Shown: positions 60,846 through 64,000 of the stretch, one piece after another
Layout: each line of letters starts with the position of its first letter
Position numbering within the stretch: the stretch's first letter is position 1
Origin: Dimorphilus gyrociliatus
Lineage: Eukaryota; Animalia; Annelida
Assembly: GCA_904063045.1 (NCBI GenBank)
Contig: CAJFCJ010000006.1
Coordinates: 3,240,408 to 3,304,407, forward strand
Reading direction: 5' to 3'
DNA length: 64,000 nucleotides
Made by a program: the position numbers and the translations under genes
The notes under the pieces: model-generated
What the model was told of the DNA's origin: nothing
Databases searched by the model: none
The model's input: the letters and a program-made list of their open reading frames with translations, nothing else

Positions 60846-63800
60846 CTACTTTAGAAGAGAATATGCTACGTTAGAAGATACTTTAAACTGCTCATCCCCT
60901 TGAAATGGAAGGCTCTTGATGGAATTTTCAATGTCTAGACTCTTTGCCTTAGATTTCAGTTTGTCTGTTTGCAGAAGAAAAAAAAACCAATAAAGGAAGT
61001 ACCAAATAAATATTCTGTTTATACGTTTGTAAATAAACTTCACACTGTCTTAAGCTTATCTCAGATTATCATACTCTGGGGAGTGTAAAGTGAATAAATA
61101 CTAATAACTAGTTTTTTGCTTAAGTATCTAAAAGAAAAAAACGTTCGGTCAGAAAAACATAAAATAAACGCTATTCAGCTTTTAAGTTCTAATATCATAT
61201 ACTAATAAATATATATAATAAATATATATATACTGTATATATTTACTTAGGTAAAGAATTCTTAAAATTATAGATCTAACTAAGTATTTTATAACTATTA
61301 ATCCTTATTAAATATTCAATTATTTACCGTGGGATAATATAGAATTAAGCAATGTTAGGCCATTGAGAATAATATATAAAGATTCCTTCTCGTCAAAGAG
61401 CGTTTTTAGACCTTCCATAATATTTGATTTGTCAATTTTATCACCTATGTTATTCTTAAGAACGTTTGCAAGTATAATAATGGCCATTAGAGCTTCATTT
61501 TTCATGACATCATGTTCACATATCATCATATTCTCTAAAGGCTTTAATCCATCATTTTCCAAAATGATACTTAAACTTTCGACATCTTTAGAATTTTTAA
61601 TTAATCTTGCTAAAAGCCTAGAGCTCTCAGCCTGTACTCCAGAATGAGTTTGGACGTCCGTCAACGAAATGATTTTCTTTGTGAAATCAACATTCTTTAT
61701 AAGAAAACTTGATGCCTCACTCTGTCCATCAATTAATAATCTTATCATTGCAATCAGTTTGAATTGAACAACGTAGAGGTTCGAATCATAGAACTGTAGG
61801 GCTACTTTTAATAAACCAGCATTGATGAGAGCTTGTTTATTTTCAACTGTGTGAGAAGAAGAATAATTAAATAAAAATACGGATAACCTACAACGCACAC
61901 TGCACAGGAGAAAAAAAAAGTCTTTACCTGGAACTGATAAATTTCTCAAAGTACTAAAGATTGCGTGTTGAAGATCGTCAGATATCTTTTGTGGATCGGG
62001 TAGCAATAGGTTTAATAACTTTGATACGACTCCTTGTTTCACTAGACTTATACTTTGTTCATCTATTTAATGAAAATAATTAATAGATTAGGTTCTATTT
62101 CAAATCTTCCCTTTATCCTTAAGAAAAGTACATTTGATATTTTGGAAAAAAGACGAAACAACAGAGAAAAATTAATGAGGAGAAGAAAAAAAGATAGAAA
62201 ATCGAAGTCACCATTTGTTGCAACATTCCCAATTACTAAGACGCCGCAACACTGCAATTGTTCCACATCGCTTTGTAACCATTTTATAGCTTCTCTGTAT
62301 AGAGTTCCCTCACCATTCTTATATACTTCTTTTAAACTCTTCTCTAGAAAATAGCATAATTTTATTAATTTTATATGCATCAATAATAATCTTAATAATA
62401 TTTATAATAGAATTTACAACGTACCGCCGGCAAATAATAAAACGATCAAATCTGTTACGCTTTTTAATATATCAATATCTTCTTCATTAGTACTGTATCT
62501 CTCTAGAACGCTAAGGAGATTTTTGCAATGCATAGCTAACTGTAATTTAGCATCATCCGATGAATTACACAGAGATGATAAAAATTCTAAAATTATTTCT
62601 GGATCTACATCTTTCTTAGTAAGGAGCTCCGATGACATTTTTATGAAATCCCTTTTTAAAATGGCATCACGACACATATCTGTAAATATCATGTATTCAA
62701 ATTATTAATAACCTATTAAAAGAGGATTGTTTTTTGTAAAGTATATTAGAATGACTTAATACCTGTATCGACAAGGCCGGTGATAACGTTTAAAAGCATT
62801 CTTAACGTAGATTCATCTTTTATTTCATTTAGGTAATCTTGAAGAATATCAATAGCACCCAAACAGCAAACTTTCTCTTGAATACTCTCTACAATAGATT
62901 AAAATAATAATTACTCCCAGACTAATTGATGAATATTCTCATCTATACAAAGGATATACTAAGCATACAGTATACATATGATGAAAAACAATAAAGGTTG
63001 GAGAGAAAATAAATACTCTATTATTTAAATTTCTATATCGTGATAGCAAACTATAATAATACTTTCCTTAAAATATTATATATATTCAGTATATATATAT
63101 ATATTAATACATATATATATATTTATTGCATTTTGTCCATACAAATATGATATATCAATTTTTTTGTTGTATTTATTTAATATACAAGTATTGAAAATCA
63201 TTAATATATGTGTATATATACACATATACAATCTATGATTATCTAGTCAATATTAACAACATTACTCCCTAGAAAGAGTTCATGCTTCATTTAATTGTAA
63301 AAATCTATAACTTTTCAAACAATCTCTCTCCTTCTTTACATCTTTACTGTAAACCACTACTTTAAAAAGCTAATTTTTATACAATTTCCCATTATTTCCT
63401 ACTTCCTATCGATTATACGTATTGCAAATTGATTACTCTCTACTGATGGGATATGTTTTTAAGGAAATCAAAGTGGATGTATGAAAGAGAGATGGAAAAA
63501 GAGAGCAAAAATAGGAATTGTAAAATAAGAATAAAAAAGGAAAACAGCTAAAAATTAACCCACAAACAAATAATTCTAGTCTATGTGTTCTATGGGAATT
63601 TTGATGAAGACGAATGTGTATACCATGGTCGACGCTGGCGTTAAATTGTATATTGACAGACATTTGCTTGAAAGAAACATTTGAATTGTCTTTACCGAAT
63701 TCAACCGGTTTATTGATATTACATTCCGATAATTCGATATCTAATCAAAGAAATATTTATGAGGGAAAAAATCATTTTTCATATTTGTCTTGAAATTATG

Positions 63801-64000
63801 TTTGAATATTAACTTTGCATAATTAGATAGGTTAAATATGTGATATATTTAGGTGATGATTTTATGAGTAATAAATAATAATACTTACCATTATCATTTG
63901 TTAAATTTAGCAAAAAACCCAAAGCAACAGTACGTAATTTATCACTTGTTTCATATCTAGAACACAGATTTTCTCTAAGAATTCCCAAAAGTGCTGCAAT
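60846..64000 (-). CDS. RAP1GDS1: Rap1 GTPase-GDP dissociation stimulator 1 (SmgGDS), ARM repeats; 5' part beyond window
   Basis: LRTVALGFLLNLTNDN, DDAKLQLA, VTDLIVLLFAG, QLQCCGVLVIGNVA, QHAIFSTLRNLSVP, VQFKLIAMIRLLIDGQ, HSGVQAESSRLLARLI and EHDVMKNEAL all align with recalled SmgGDS segments. Confidence 0.92.

Noticed and set aside
61849-61927. Apparent hydrophobic insertion (GKDFFFLLCSVRC...) in the RAP1GDS1 ORF
   Set aside because: It is an ordinary GT-AG intron that happens to be in frame and stop-free.
46594-64000. Functional link between the CaaX-bearing SNTX-like gene and the prenylation chaperone RAP1GDS1
   Set aside because: They are separated by unrelated genes. Eukaryotic adjacency here gives no evidence of coupling.

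Overview
AT-rich, gene-dense eukaryotic (animal) DNA with many very short GT-AG introns (about 50-70 nt), so the prokaryote-style ORF track fragments most genes. The compactness and gene set suggest a miniaturised invertebrate genome, possibly lophotrochozoan (inference). Genes in order: ANKRD50 (runs off the left edge), AAC4-like, LRRC74-like, chondroitin sulfate synthase, plant-type class II PRPP synthase, two orphan membrane proteins, RPL11 (with a candidate intronic C/D snoRNA), SLC26A11, ATR, PGS1, a 4xSUEL lectin, a divergent PRMT, synaptojanin, a glutaminase, CAML, a stonustoxin-like protein, a soluble AChBP-like protein, a small Cys-rich secreted protein absent from the ORF track, a fucolectin-trypsin protease, CCDC154-like and RAP1GDS1 (runs off the right edge). 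Top leads: (1) a mitochondrially targeted glutaminase with the catalytic Ser replaced by Ala (pseudoenzyme candidate); (2) a 46.6-53.3 kb block of secreted or membrane-attack genes, including a TM-less Cys-loop ligand-binding protein and a CaaX-terminated stonustoxin-like protein; (3) a +1 frame overlap in the AAC4-like gene; (4) several symmetric microexons or cassette exons. Family assignments come from recalled motifs, not database searches. Exon boundaries were inferred by eye.
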